Origin: Podarcis filfolensis
Lineage: Eukaryota
DNA: 64,000 nucleotides
NCBI GenBank assembly: GCA_964270895.1
Contig: OZ185435.1
Strand: one strand, 5' to 3'
Each line of letters begins with the position of its first letter. Position 1 is the stretch's first letter. The notes beneath the pieces are model-generated. The model was not told the origin of the DNA and searched no databases. It saw only the letters and a list, made by a program, of their open reading frames with translations. This document shows positions 12,341-25,799 of the stretch, in pieces. The position numbers and the translations under genes were made by a program.

Positions 12341-13314
12341 GTTTAAAAATTTTCTGCTAATGTGCAGCAGCATGTGCAACAGCACACAACAACAAGGCTG
12401 CAATAAAAATGTGGGCCATGTTCTCTCATAGATACTGCTACTACCAAACATAGACAACAGATGCAAATGCAGTGGCTGCAAACAGGAACAAGTTATGAAA
12501 AACCAGAGGATTTTCACAAACCTTTTCAAGTCCTGGAAAAGACTGTTTTCACACTAAGCCATTGTCAAATCTGCCCCCTGTTAATTGACCCATCCACAGT
12601 TCTCACAACCTCAGCCTCTGGTTCAATTTTTATTTTTACTAACTTAAGATGGGTACATAACAATGTTAATTGTGGGAAAATATTGTTTTTGTTACCCTTT
12701 GAACTCAGTGCTTCTTTTTAACCTATTCTCAATTAATACATTTTCTCTCTCGTTGCATTCCATAGCACACACTGAATTCAATCTCCACACTACCACACAC
12801 CTGTCTGTTACGCATCTCTCTGCTCCCTATTTGTTTTGCTCCCTCAGATTATAGACTGCTTTTCTGTTTTAATTATGGCACACTCTAAAACAGTTTGTAC
12901 TGGATTGGAGCTAAAATTTCTCAGAAGACATTACTCTAAGAAATGTCCATAGGAAAAGAAAGGTTATGTTGCAGAATTTTCTCTTAATAGTCTCCCCCCC
13001 GCCCCCAGTTATGGCTGCAATTCCCGCCCCCTGAAATGATGCTGAGTTGAGGGCATTGTGAAGGCTGTAAATTGGCAGCCAGTTGCTGTTCTTGCCATTT
13101 CCGGATACAGCAGCTAAGAGGGAATAAGAAAGATGCTTCGCTCCTGCAAATGGTGGTGGTTACTCCCCTCCCCTCTTGAGAAACTGGAGAAATTCTCCTC
13201 CCCAGGCTAGGAAAATTAGGTGAAATTCTCTCTTCCCTTCCACTATCCCCAATATCTCTTCCCACAAATAAGGTATAGGATTTTGAGCAGCCATTTGTGC
13301 ACAGCTCCAGCATG

Positions 13315-13640
13315 TGTTCCAGGTGGTGTTAAGAACCAATCAGGAGCAATATAAAACAAATAACTTTATTCAACTCCAAACTTGCTCTGTCTCTCATGCT
13401 CTCTCTCTGTACTCTCACTTCCTGGTAGATGTATGTTTAATCTGTGCCTTTCCCCCCTTTGGGTCACTAGCTTTCTCTCCTAGGAGGAGGAGGAACCAGC
13501 AACTGGGGCTGCACCGGCCCCAACCATGAGGATGTCTCGTTTGTAGGTAGGTCTCAGGGTGCCCCCTCAGCTCAGCACCCTGTGCGGGGAAACCACCTGT
13601 ACTGCCCTAAATCTGCTGCTGAATTAGTTCCACATACATT
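13315..13640 (-). mobile_element. LTR-like fragment related to 8385-10656
   Basis: The minus strand ends ccaggaagtga...agtacagag...AATAAAgttatttgttttatattgctcct...ttaacaccacctggaaca, matching 10500-10656. The other end is approximate. Confidence 0.55.
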
Positions 13641-13951
13641 GGTGCAAGATATTCAGGAATGGTTCCATATCAATAAATAATGATGATAACTTACTGCACT
13701 TTGTGTTATCTTTGACATATAATGTAAGACCTCTCAGAATATAACTTATTCAATCCTTTCTATATATTTTATAGACAACAACAGTATTCCATTCATCATT
13801 TTGTCACTAACTTTCAGATATGCGTGTTGTCCATATTTTACAATTGGGTGTTTGAACCCCTGTAGATATAAAAAGAGGAGGGCCGGGGATGTCACATTCT
13901 GCCATCCTCTTTCTGCATACGCTTATTATTATTACAGCAGATAGTACAGAG

Positions 13952-14080
13952 CAGGCACCCCCAAATTCGACCCTCCAGATGTTTTGGGACTACAACTCCC
14001 ATCATCCTTAGCTAACAGGACTAGTGGTCAGGGATGATGGGCGTTCTAGTCCCAAAACATCTGGAGTTTGGGGATGCCTG
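13952..14080. mobile_element. Palindromic hAT MITE
   Basis: TIRs caggcacccccaaa / tttggggatgcctg. Internal palindrome ccagatgttttgggactacaac...ctagtcccaaaacatctgg. TSD gtacagag / gtatagag matches 7 of 8. Confidence 0.88.
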
Positions 14081-14370
14081 GTATAGAGCTATTTAAAAGC
14101 TATTTTGGATTGAACCAACCATAGAACCCTGATAATTCCCCTCCTTTTCAGAATCTGAAACCATTTTAAGGGTTGTAGTCATAAAACTTCCTGGCGTACA
14201 GATCCTGCTGCTCATGAATGTATGGAAAAGATACTGAAAAAACAAGACATCTCTATTCTCTAGTGTTGTGAAGACTTACATGAATACGCGAAGACTTACA
14301 TGAATACCAGAACAGGTTCAACTGCCAGGATAAAAGTTCATTATTAAAAGACCCTGCATCCTTTTCACTA

Positions 14371-14723
14371 GGAACGCGGGTGGCACTGTGGTCTAAACCA
14401 CAGAGCCTAGGGCTTGCCGATCAGAAGGTCGGTGGTTCGAATCCCTGTGATGGGGTGAGCTCCTGTTGCTCAGTCCCTGCTCCTGCCAACCTAGCAGTTC
14501 AAAAGCACGTCAAAGTGCAAGTAGATAAATAGGTACCACTCTGGCGGGAAGGTAAACGGCGTTTCCGTGCGCTGCTCTGATTCACCAGAAGCTGCATAGT
14601 CATGCTGGCCACATGACCCGGAAGCTGTACACTGGCTCCCCCGGCCAGTAAAGCGAGATGAGCGCCGCAACCCCAGAGTCGTTCGCGAATGGTCCTAATG
14701 GTCAGGGGTCCCTTTACCTTTTT
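14371..14723 (+). mobile_element. Full-length Sauria SINE
   Basis: B box gttcgaatcc and cctttaccttt tail. 13-bp TSD atccttttcacta at 14358-14370 and 14724-14736. Confidence 0.95.
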
Positions 14724-16557
14724 ATCCTTTTCACTATAACAGAATCATTTCGTGGAACTATTTGTGATCGACCTGTAAGACTCATTGCAGAATTACTGCC
14801 TTGCCTTTTGAAGTCAAATTGCTGTTCGTAGTTAAGGGCAGCTCTACTTGTAAAAATCCATGCTTCCTGGTCTAGGCCCAGTAAGTTACTTAGTGCTATC
14901 AATTATTATCACATCCTATATGTATAATTTCTGTGTCTTATCAGAATTAATCTCACTTTTCCTCTTAATAGGGAGAGATTTTTTTTCTTTTCCAAATCTC
15001 TCTGCATGTTTTGAATTGTAGGATAAGCGAAGCACTGTGATATATAAAATAAGTCACCTAACTTGAGACAGCATAGGTTAAAAATTAATACAGCAAACAC
15101 TCAGCATTACAAGCACCAGATTGCCATGACATATCTCATTTGTGTAGTTCTGGTCTTGGTTCCAGTTATTTTTCAGAATTTTGCAAAATTAATATATAAT
15201 TCACACCACCATTGATTCCGCAGTCCTAGGCGCATTAAACATAGGGGTAAGTTACCTCAAAATCGGAGGGATTTACTCTTGAGTAAACATGCACAGGGCT
15301 CAGCTATGTTTGACTGTCTTTTGGTTTCAAGCAGTTAAAGAGAAAGAAAAAAGAAACTTACTGCTTCAGGTAAAATATTACTTCCTAAATCAAGCCATAG
15401 CCAAGTGCACTGTTAAGACATTTAGAAAGTTCCTAAACGATTTCCATGTTCAGAAATATTTTATGTAGTCTATTCAGTTACATTCTTGGAATAGTACATA
15501 ATTGCTTTCCTGGGCTGATGTTGATGCAAATACTCCACCCCACACAACCCGCTTTTCTACCGGCGAGGTAATTCTGATATTAAGAACAGATACTGCTTTT
15601 GAATAGGACATTGTTTTGTGGCCAGATCAGTAGCAGCTACCTCCTGTTTCCTCCTTGCAGTTTCCATTCAAGATTTGAACAACATAACAGGACAAAAGGG
15701 AGACAGAATTTTGAGTGCTAGCAGACCTGTGTGGATTGTGTTTTGCTTTACTCTCAGCAATGTTCATTAATTCTTCTACTACCATCAGATGTGTGTGTGT
15801 ATTTCACAGTAACTAGCAAAGAATTACCATTTGTTGATGTCAGCCTCTGTCCTTTATTTTAATGAGAATGCCAGCTCTAAATCCCCTCTGATCACTTTTA
15901 TTTCTTACTGGGACTAAATAAGGATATTCCCAGTGGTGTATTAATCTCGGTTGGCACGGTTTTAATCAACTGATCTCAAAGAGGCTATGGACTCACAAGC
16001 AGCTTGCCACCCACTTGGGCTCTTTCTACACTAATAGGGTTGACTATGTTACATAGAATGTCTGCTGCTCACACTGTAATTTAAGCCAAGCTGTGTTTTA
16101 AAAAAACAAAAATCACGCTCTCTCTGCAGGCACAGAGAAAGTTGTCTTTTTGTTTTGTTTCATAGCATCGAGGCTGAAGAAGAGAACCAGCAGTAGCACA
16201 CCAAGGGCTTTAAAAACACATTTCGTACCAGTTGAAAAATTGCATAGCAATTAAGTCTATCCCCCTACCCCACTTCAATCCTTTCGGAGAAAAAGTCTTT
16301 ATGTTTTGCCATAGGTTTTCAAATCTTCGTTGAAATTGCCAGGGTGAAGGAGGAAACAATTACAGGATGCTGGCTTTCAAAGTGTCTGGGATTGCCAAAT
16401 AAGTTTATCTTTTTTTTCTCATCGTGGATAAAAACATGCTAAACCTTAAACCAAATTGTTAAACTGAAACGCATGGGAGTTGCCAACCTCTCCCTCTGCT
16501 TTTTTGTTTTACGCTGGGTTTGTTTGGATGGGTTTTCCATAGCCCTCTTTTTGCCAG

Positions 16558-16575
16558 TGACGACTTTTGAAGATG
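16558..16575 (+). other. Candidate 18-nt microexon ([V/L/M]TTFED in phase 1); host unknown
   Basis: ccctctttttgccag|TGACGACTTTTGAAGATG|gtatgt. Length is divisible by 3 and it is open only in phase 1. Confidence 0.35.
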
Positions 16576-17493
16576 GTATGTTTTGAATTTGCTGAGAGAT
16601 CTACTGCTCTGTGCTCAGTTTTCAGGGCTTTTAGAAAGCATTCAGTAATGCCCATTTGGTTATAAGAAAAAATTATGAGCTGACAGGTTAAATATAATTA
16701 TAGTGGGTATTCTGTACAAGAAGAAAGAGGTGCCTTTTAAAGCCATCTTGGCAATCTGTTTGCACTCGTTTCATTCATAGAAATAGGTTTTCTGAGGGGG
16801 GTGGGTAGTGGTAGCAAGGGGGCATGTGTTCTAAAAAAAAAAGTTTCTTAAGGCTTAATGCAAATTTGAAAAAGTTGCAGAGATTTTATATGATGAAGGC
16901 AATGGCATTTGCATTAGTATTTGGTTGTTACAACTTTCACGGTGTATGTGTAACAGCCTGAAATCCAGAAAAGCTGGAAATCCGGAAAAGCTGGATTTTG
17001 AGAAGGGATCAAAGGAAGTCACACGTAGCCATAGTGGCCTCTGTTCAAACTATTCCAAGCCCAGGTCTGGTTAAATTTACTTGTGGCTAGAGCCCAGTGA
17101 AAGGAATGGGGCATGTTAGCCATGACTGCTTAGGTGACATTGCTTTCAATGGGACTCACTGCACTATCTTATAATGTGTTTACTTAGGGCTTCCTTACAG
17201 GTAATGTACAGACAAATTTCTCATGTTGCAATGATATTGAGTAAAATGCAGTCCAATTCTATGAATGTTTACTCAGAAGTATGACCCACGTTACTCAATG
17301 GGATAAATGTGCATATAATTTCCACCAAGAGTCATAGGCTTGTAACAAGTGATGGGTTTTGCACAATTTGTGGAAGGCGTTTGGGATTTTTGAGGTGGCA
17401 GTTTAGAACTTTGTTTTAGATGCATATGAAGTGGTATACGGGAGGAAATATGAATCTCTTCTGATTATTTTTAACTGTTCATAGTAATAAGTA

Positions 17494-17707
17494 CAGTGGT
17501 ACCTCGGGTTAAGAACTTAATTCATTCTGGAGGTCTGTTCTTAACCTGAAATTGTTCTTAACCTGAGATACCACTTTAGTTAATGGGGCCTCCCGCTGCC
17601 ACCGCGCAATTTCTGTTCTCATCCTGAAGCAAAGTTTTTAACCCAAGGTATATTTCTGGGTTAGCAGAGTCTGTAACTTGAAGCGTCTGTAACCCGAGGT
17701 ACCACTG
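17494..17707. mobile_element. Tc1/mariner (Tigger/pogo-like) MITE, copy 1
   Basis: TIRs cagtggtacctcgggtt / aacccgaggtaccactg, with TA on both flanks. Confidence 0.92.
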
Positions 17708-17794
17708 TACACACAAAACATATGGAATAGCCAGTATTTGTTTCTTGGGGGGCGGGATCCAGTACTTCTGGCATTCCAGTAATGCAATTGAGGG

Positions 17795-17852
17795 GTTCCA
17801 CGGGGTTGAACTAGTTGACCCTTAGGAATCCCTTCCAGTTTTTCGATTTCTC
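17795..17852 (+). mobile_element. CR1 extreme 3' end remnant
   Basis: ggggttgaactagttgacccttaggaatcccttccag matches the CR1 terminus. Confidence 0.6.
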
Positions 17853-18899
17853 AAAGCCAGGTGGCCTCCCTCTCCCTGTCCTTGTATTACCTGGGGCACT
17901 TGCCGCACTGGCTCCAGGGACTTCAGTGCTTCCTGCACCTGCCCTGCCACAACCTTCGTGAATGCCACAAGTGAGGTGACCAGGGCGCACATAGCCAGCT
18001 GCAGAGCGCAGCGCGTGGCAGGGAAAGCATGTCACATGCTGTGGCAGCCAGGCTCTGGTGGGGCTTTACTCACGTCATGGCTTCCCATGAGGTTGAATGT
18101 CTTGGGGGGGGGAGGTGCTGGTACTGCGTATTGTTGAATAACACCAGAAAAAAAGCACTGGGGATAACCATTGTTGCACACATCAAGGGAATTCCCCTTT
18201 TCTTTTAAAATGCTACTTCACGCTTCTTGCAATTGATGAAAATAACTACTACACACAGTCCATTTGTAGGGAACAGACTAATGACCTTATTAATTCCTGG
18301 GAGGTAGATAATTTATATATTATGTGTGAAATATATTTTTCATTAAATCGGGCCTAAAGATGCTTATATGGATTTGACTAGAGATTAGTAAGCAGCACAT
18401 GTTTGGAATGATATAAATGTTTTAACTATTGCTTTAAAAAAACCAACAAAAAACCAATGAAGCAATGTGGAAGACTCTGAAAGTTATACCAGACATCTGA
18501 TTTTGTGTTTAATTTTCTTTTAAAAACAGCTGAAAAAAATCAAAATGTCTCCTGACTTGTACCCCAGGCATATGTCATAATCAAGACTGATATCAGTTCT
18601 GCATATGAAAGCTATATGTTAGAGACTACGTGAGAACTTTCAAATATCTCTTTTGCTATATGTTAAAGTGGTGCATACAAGCTTGGAGCTTAACCAGTCA
18701 TTACTCATGAGTATACCTATGTGATCTGCAAGTGGAATATCTGCACGTTGTGTCTTTTAAAAAAATGACTTCCTAGTCAATGAGTCTCGTGAATGGATAC
18801 TGTTGACAAAGAGTTGCTATTTTAATGAAGTCATTAGTCTCTTAAGTAATAGAATTGCATGGAACAGTTCTGGTCTGTTTGCCAAGGTGACAGCTTTCA

Positions 18900-20735
18900 A
18901 CCATATACTCAAAAAGATGGGAGTCCAAGAAGGATGGGAGTTTCTAAAAGGAGAAATATTGAAGGCCCAAATGGAGGCAATTGCAACAAGAAAGAAAAGT
19001 GGGAGGCATCTAAGGAAACCAGTATGGCTGCATAAGGAGCTTACAGATGAGCTGAGAGTTAAGAAGGGCGTGTATAAGAAATGGAAGAAAGGAGAAGTCA
19101 CAAAGGAGTAGTATACACGAGTACCCAACAGTTGCAGGGGGAAAGTCAGGCTGGCTAAAGCTCAGAATGAGGTCGGGCTTGCAAGAGAGGTGAGAAATAA
19201 TAAAAAAGGCTTCTTTGGCTATGTCCGAAGTAAGAGGAAGAACAAGGAAGTGGTGGGGTCCTCTGTGTGGAGAAGGCAGGGAAATACTATTGGGTGACAG
19301 AGAGAAGGTGGAACTACTCAACGCCTACTTTGCCTTTGTCTTCACTCAAAAGGAAAGTGATGCTCAACCTGGTGATAACAGAATAATGGATGTAAGGAGG
19401 GAGCTGCAGCCCAAGATAGGAAAAGAGGTGGTAAGGGAACACCTAGCTACTTTAAATGAATTCAGATCTCCAGGACCTGATGAGCTGCATCCAAAGGTAC
19501 TAAAGGATCTTGCGGATGTAATTTGAGAAATCTTGGAGAACAGATGAGGTCTCTACAGACTGGAGGCAGGCAAATGTTGTCCCCAACTTCAAAAAGGGGA
19601 CAAAGGAAGACCCAAGTTATTATTGACTGGTGAGCTTGACATTGATACTAGGGAAGGTCCTAGAATAGATAATTCAACAGGCGGTCTGTGAGCATTTAGA
19701 AAAGGATGCTGTGATTGCCTAAGACCCAGCATGGGTCTCAAAAAGAAGTCATGTCATACTAATCTGATTTTTTTTTTTAATGGATTTACAAACTTGGTGG
19801 ATCAGGGAAATTCTGTGTCCTGGGCCTGTTGTTTGTTCAACATCTTTATAAATGACTTGGATGAAGGAATTTGCAGATGACACACCAAACTGGGAGGGGT
19901 AGCTGAGGCTGCAGAAGACAGAATCAGAATTCAAAATGGCCTTAACTGTTTGGAGAAAGGGGCACAAGCTAACAAAATGAATTTCAATACGGGCAGATGT
20001 AAGGTTCTAAACTTAGGTAGGAAGAACCAGATCCACAAATGTAGCATGGAGGATACCTGACTTACTAGTAGTACATGTGAAAAGGATCTAGGGGTCTTGG
20101 TGGACCGCAAGCTTAACATGAGTCAACAGTGTGATGCAGCAGCAAAAAAGGTGAATGCCATTCTAGGCTGCATCAGGAGAAGTATAGTGTTCAGGTCAAG
20201 GGGAGTAATAGTTCCACTCTATTCTGCCTTGGTCAGACCACACCTGGAATACTGTGTCCAGTTTTGGGTGCCACAATTTAAGAAGGAGGTTGACAAGCTG
20301 GAACGTGTGCAGAGGAGGGCAACCAAGATGATCAAGGCTCTTGAAACCAATCCTTATGAGGAACAGTTGAAGGAGCTGGGTATGTTTAGGCTGAAAAAGA
20401 GGAGACTGAGAGGAGATATGATACCCATCTTCAAATATCAAAAGGGCTGTCACATGGAAGATAGAAGAAGCTTGTTTTCTCTTGCTCTGGAGGGTAGGAC
20501 TTGAACCAATGGCTTCAAATTACAAGAAAACAGATTCTGACTGAATATACAGAAAAACTCTGACAGTAAGTGCTGTTCTACAGTGGAACAGATTCCCCCG
20601 AGAGGTGGTGGACTCTCTTTCCTTGGAGGTTTTTAAGCAGAGGTTGGATGGTCATCTGTCGTGCATGATGAGATTCCTGCATTGCAGGGGGTTGGACTAG
20701 ATGGCCTTTGAGTACCGTCCAATTCTATTATTCTA
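18900..20735 (+). mobile_element. Older, degenerate CR1 LINE (ORF2 pseudogene) with internal deletions
   Basis: Fragmentary ORF2 translations (KSPGPDELHPKVLK-like, [14 protein letters not shown]). Frameshifts, stops and a CR1 3' UTR ending attctattattcta. Confidence 0.93.
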
Positions 20736-21105
20736 AGTAAAGTGCAATTTTAGATACAGGATGTATGGCAGCACAAATGCAACCCACCAGAATCCAGGAG
20801 GGGTTTAACCTGGAAATTAACAGTCTGACACAATGCTAAGTTGATTATATAGCTGCAAACCTCTTTAGGGTTTTGCACCCCTTAAAATGCTATGCAACAA
20901 GGTTGTTGTTTACAGAGATCCAGTTTTGGCTATTCAGACCACTGAAATCAATGGGTCATTAGTTAATAATGATGACTAATTTCCATTGATTTACGTATAT
21001 ACAGTGATGTGTTCATTCTTGTTTCAAGACCCATATTTGTAGCCCTTTTAAGAAAAATAAATAATAATAGCTTCATTAGAAATACTGGCATGCAAAATTC
21101 TTTCA

Positions 21106-21128
21106 AAGAGAGAGAGAGAGAGAGAGAT
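21106..21128. repeat. (GA)n microsatellite
   Basis: Read directly from the sequence. Confidence 0.9.
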
Positions 21129-23904
21129 TCTCACTGTGTGTGTCTGTCAGTTACACCCACCCACCCCTTCCCATGTTTTCTGTGGTCCTGAAGTGTGTTC
21201 TGGGACTACATTAAAACATACCTCTTTCCTTAGGTACTGCTTGCCTACATGAATGCTTAACTATGACTCCCCCACCCCCACCCCACAACTTTAAACAATT
21301 TCTGAATAATGTTTCTATGCTAACCCTAATGATAAGACAAAGAAGCATACATTGAATTTAAATGAAAACTGAAAACAGATGTCAGGAAGTATTTTTTCAT
21401 CTTGAATGTGCAGAATGATCGGCCAGGTACGGCAAGTGCTTTTTCTCATTTAGGAAATAATTAGATGGCCCATCATAGACAAAATGACTTTCCCAATTTC
21501 CCTTTTCTCTAATTTTGGTACATTTTTCTTACATCTCAGTAGCAACTCACTTTTTTTCCCAACTGGAAGGTTCATCATCTGCACGTGGACTTAAAAGAAC
21601 AAATGAACTACTAACTGCTAAGTGAATTTCTAGCTTTAGCATGTATTATGTGTCACATCAGCAGCCATTATTTTTAAAGGAGAGAATAAGGTTCCCATTG
21701 TTACCTTGATATCCTAGGCTGTGTAACCAAAATCAGAGTAAGAAAATGTACACTGGGTAATTTTACTTTGCATTTTGAAAAAGAGACATAACCACTTTTT
21801 ACTTTCTAAATATATATTTAAAATCCAGATATGGTTACGTCAAGAAATGAATTGACAACTGAAAAGTTATTAGAACTTACTCGTGCAGTCTAATCTACAA
21901 GTTTGGTAAACAGGATATTCAGAATTAAGTGGAATAGTGCCCCATTTCTGAACATCACCCTATTGAGATGCCAATTTATGTCAGCATAAGGCTCATAAGC
22001 AGTTGTGCAAGGAAAAGAGTTAATAATATACTCACATTGAAATGTGGATCTAGCCTCCACCTAATGACTGGATGTAATTTCTGTACTAGTACCTGTCTCT
22101 CTCCCCCCCCCCCCTCTAGTTTCAGAGTCATGGAAGAAGTCCATATTCAGAGGCAATACTGTATGGTATTGCCCTGAATACTGGGTAATGAGGGGCAAAG
22201 TCAGAATTCCATGGGCGGTCAGTTGTGGAGGCTGCTGAATAACTACAGGGGCGGGGAGGGTTTTCTGTTCTGACAGTTTGCTTGAAACTACCCCTCAGGT
22301 GTTTGTTGTCTCACCCCCGCTGGGCAAAACTGAATGTGACTTTGTATTGCATGTCACTTGGCCCCTTCACCCAGAGAAGCTGATAACCATCAATTAGGCA
22401 GGAATTCTGATTTGGCCTATATGACCAATTTCCCCAAACCATGCCCACCTGCCCCTTTTCTGATACATATGGCAGCTGATCCCTGCTTAAAGCGACATTT
22501 GCCGTCACCACTTATCAGCAGTGACTTCAAACCTCCAAGTACCTTTGCAGATGCAGTTTAAATTTGGCCCATGCTTGAAAGGAACAATTTTCTTTTTCAG
22601 TGCAGCTTGGGTTCAAGCTGGACTGGAAATGAAAATTAGGTCACTTAATGTTGAAATGGCTTGCGGAGGATGGGGAAGCTCAGGATTTGACTTGCTGTCT
22701 GGATCCTGTTCCCTACATGTGCATTTTTTGTTTTTTGCTTTAAAAACAAAACAAAAACAGTTTCCTGGAGTTATTATTCCCTTCTAAGCATATTGTTATC
22801 AACAGACAGTAATGCAACTAAATGCAGCTGGTGAAAAAAGACAGCATAGTGATTATTGTTTTCTCCCACTATGTAAAGGAAAATTTCAGGTTCACTTATG
22901 GAGGTGAAGGAGAAACACAGCCCAGCACTACAAAACTTAGGTAGCCATAAGCATATTCTGTTATATGTATATAGTGAAACCTGAAATATTTTGATTTTAA
23001 GGTTTGGGCTTTTTATTTACTCATTCTTAATTGCAAGGAGCCCTAATTAAGTAGTGACCTTGGCATGCATGTTTCTCAAATCCCTAGGCTGCTAGAGGCT
23101 GCAAGTGTAATGGAATAATAACTATACAATTAAGCCCTATTAGTACTGTAATTAATGCAATATCCTACATTAGGAGCACTACCAAAATCAAGAGCCTGTG
23201 AAATCAAGCACCATCAAACCCAAAGATGCCAAATGCATTGCCTTTATTTATTTTTGATGAATCCAGTAAAATCTGTAAAGTGCTTGGTACTATCAATATG
23301 CAGGCTAGTATGGCTAATATTTATCGTGTAAAGGGACATACTGAATTTGGGGTGGGATGGGGTGGATTGACAGTCCCTGGTAACTGCCTGCAACCCTATG
23401 CACACTTATCTGGGAGTAAGTTATTGAATTTGCTTCTCTCTCCCCCCCTCCCCATATAAGACAACTTACCAATGCCCCCCCCTTGTCCTTACCCCAAGCA
23501 TGAGGATGATTTGCATGCTGATCACTAAGTGGTTGGCTAAATTGATATTTGGTGTAGACTGCAGTTACCTTTCGGCATGCTGGATATGTGGGTGCTTTGC
23601 TGTAGGTCTCCATGCACAATTCACATTTGGTTGGGGTGGTAAACTCAGCTGTGACTAGCACCTAAAATGGAGCTTTATTCCATCCTGCTTATCAGTAGTA
23701 AACTGCAAAAAGAGGGAAAGTTAAGGGGAAAGATACCAACTGAGATGAACAAGACCTCCCACTTTCCCAGTCACCACCTACTTTAAAGCAGCCTTTGCCA
23801 ACCTGGTGCTCTCCAGATGTTTTGGACTCCCACCAGCCCTGGTCATTATTACTCATCACATAAATGAATAATTTCCATCTGTTTATTTTTGCAACAATAA
23901 CCCT

Positions 23905-24600
23905 GTGGATTCCAGTATCTGATGTTCAGAAGCATTGCTGCTTCCAACTGTGGAGGGAGAGGACTCTTTCTGTGGAGGGAGAGGACTCTGTCTAACTCTC
24001 TTTCACAGGCATCTAGTGATGTTGGCCATCACTGCTTCCCGTACGAGCAAGTTCCATAGTTTAACTATGCACTGTGTGCAGAAGTAATTTCTTTTATCTG
24101 TCCTGAATCTTCCAACATTCAGCTTCATTCAAGGTCTACAAATTCTAGCATTATGAGAGAGGAGAAATAGCTTTTTTCTAACCACTTTTTCCATGCCATG
24201 CATAATTTTACACACTTCTCTCATGTCACTCCTTATTTGCCTTTTCTCTAAACTAAGATGTCCCAAGCGCTGCAACCTTCTTCGTAGGAGAGTTGCTCAT
24301 TTTGTTTGCCCTTTTCTGAACCTCTTCCAACTCAACAATACTCTTTTTGAGGTGAGGTTTAGTGAGCAGTTCAGAATATTCCAAATGTGGTCGCACTGCA
24401 TTACAAGGGCATTAAGCTATTGCCAGTCTTATTTTCAATTCCTTTCCTAATTATCCTCCGCAATGAATTTGCTTTTTTCCACAACCACTGCACACTGGAT
24501 TGACATCTTCATTGAGCTATCCATAGGACCCCAAGATACCGTTCCTGGCCTGTCACCACCAGTTCAGACCCCATGAGAGTATATGTGAATTAAGATTTTT
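23905..24600 (-). mobile_element. Degenerate CR1 (long 3' UTR subfamily): end of ORF2 plus UTR
   Basis: gagcaagttccatagtttaactatgc...gtcctgaatcttccaacattcagcttcatt...ccatgccatgcataatttta is typical antisense CR1 sequence. Confidence 0.85.
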
Positions 24601-25799
24601 AATCTCTAGGGTTTCTTTGAAGTTAGCTTTGTGATGAAGGGATAGCTAGGAAATCAGGAAGAGAAATTGGATTAGAATACTCATGTCCCTTCAGCAAATG
24701 TTTGCATAGCAGTTGGACAGGAATTTACAAATGTGATCAAAATAGAAGCTTTCACAAAGGGGTCCAAATATACATCTGGGATTAATCCAGGTGAGGTTTG
24801 AAATACCTGGTGATTAATTCTAATTCAAAGGTGGGTCAGATTTGGAGATGTAGCCTGTTAATGTGGCCATACTACTGCTATCGCCTGAAGCAGGTTCTCT
24901 CTATAAATTTCAGGTTCTCTCTATAAACAAACAGCACAATGTGCTGTTCTTACATATTGTATTTGCCTGTGATCAACATGTCTGGGAGCACTGCTTAGAG
25001 AGAGCTGGTAAATATGATAAACTGCTTAGCACGTGCTAGCATTTTCTATCACGTGGTTACATGAGCACTGGTATCACTACGCATGAGGTGTTTTGTTTCC
25101 TTTCTGCCATAAGAGTCCAAGCATAATGGCTCATTGCCATGTGAAGGATTTCCCCATTTATTTCCATTTGATTGGATGGCTGTATTAGCAATCCAGAGCT
25201 GGGGACACTGAGAGAATATCTTCCCAAACATCAGAGTAGCCTTTTCAGAAATGGCTGCGTTTATGGCATGGCAACAACAGCAATAATAGTGGGATTTGTG
25301 TGACTAAGGGGACTTATCAATATATTTGTCCTCCCATGAAAGTAATCCTCAAAGTATATTCACTACTTGACCTTTCCCAAGACAAAATGTTCAAGTACGT
25401 TATTGCAGATGGATTTCTCATTAGCACATTTTCTCCTTATCCACACACCAGAATGTTCAGTGGAAATGGCTGACCCACTTGAATCATAAAACATGATCTC
25501 TACTTCTGTTTTATGATATTTCCAGCAAATACATATTCACTGGATGCAGGTCCATGGTGGTGAAAAATTATTCTATGTGGACCAGTCTTGCTTTCATTTT
25601 TGCAGCTTATGTGTATAGCAATAAAGGCTTTCGGAAACATTCTCCGATGTTGTGAAGTGGGGTAGAGAAAGTGGTGAGGAAAAGCTTCATTCAGTTTGAG
25701 ATGGCTGAAGAATAACAGACTGAAAATGCTCCTGTTTAATCAATGGCCATATAAAGATTTTAAACATTCTGGCTAAATATGTCTGCGTGAAATGGACTT

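Noticed and set aside
16167-16260. Acceptor ttgtttcatag followed by IEAEEENQQ-stop or SRLKKRTSSSTPR
   Set aside because: No credible donor or poly(A) evidence, and no protein I recognise.
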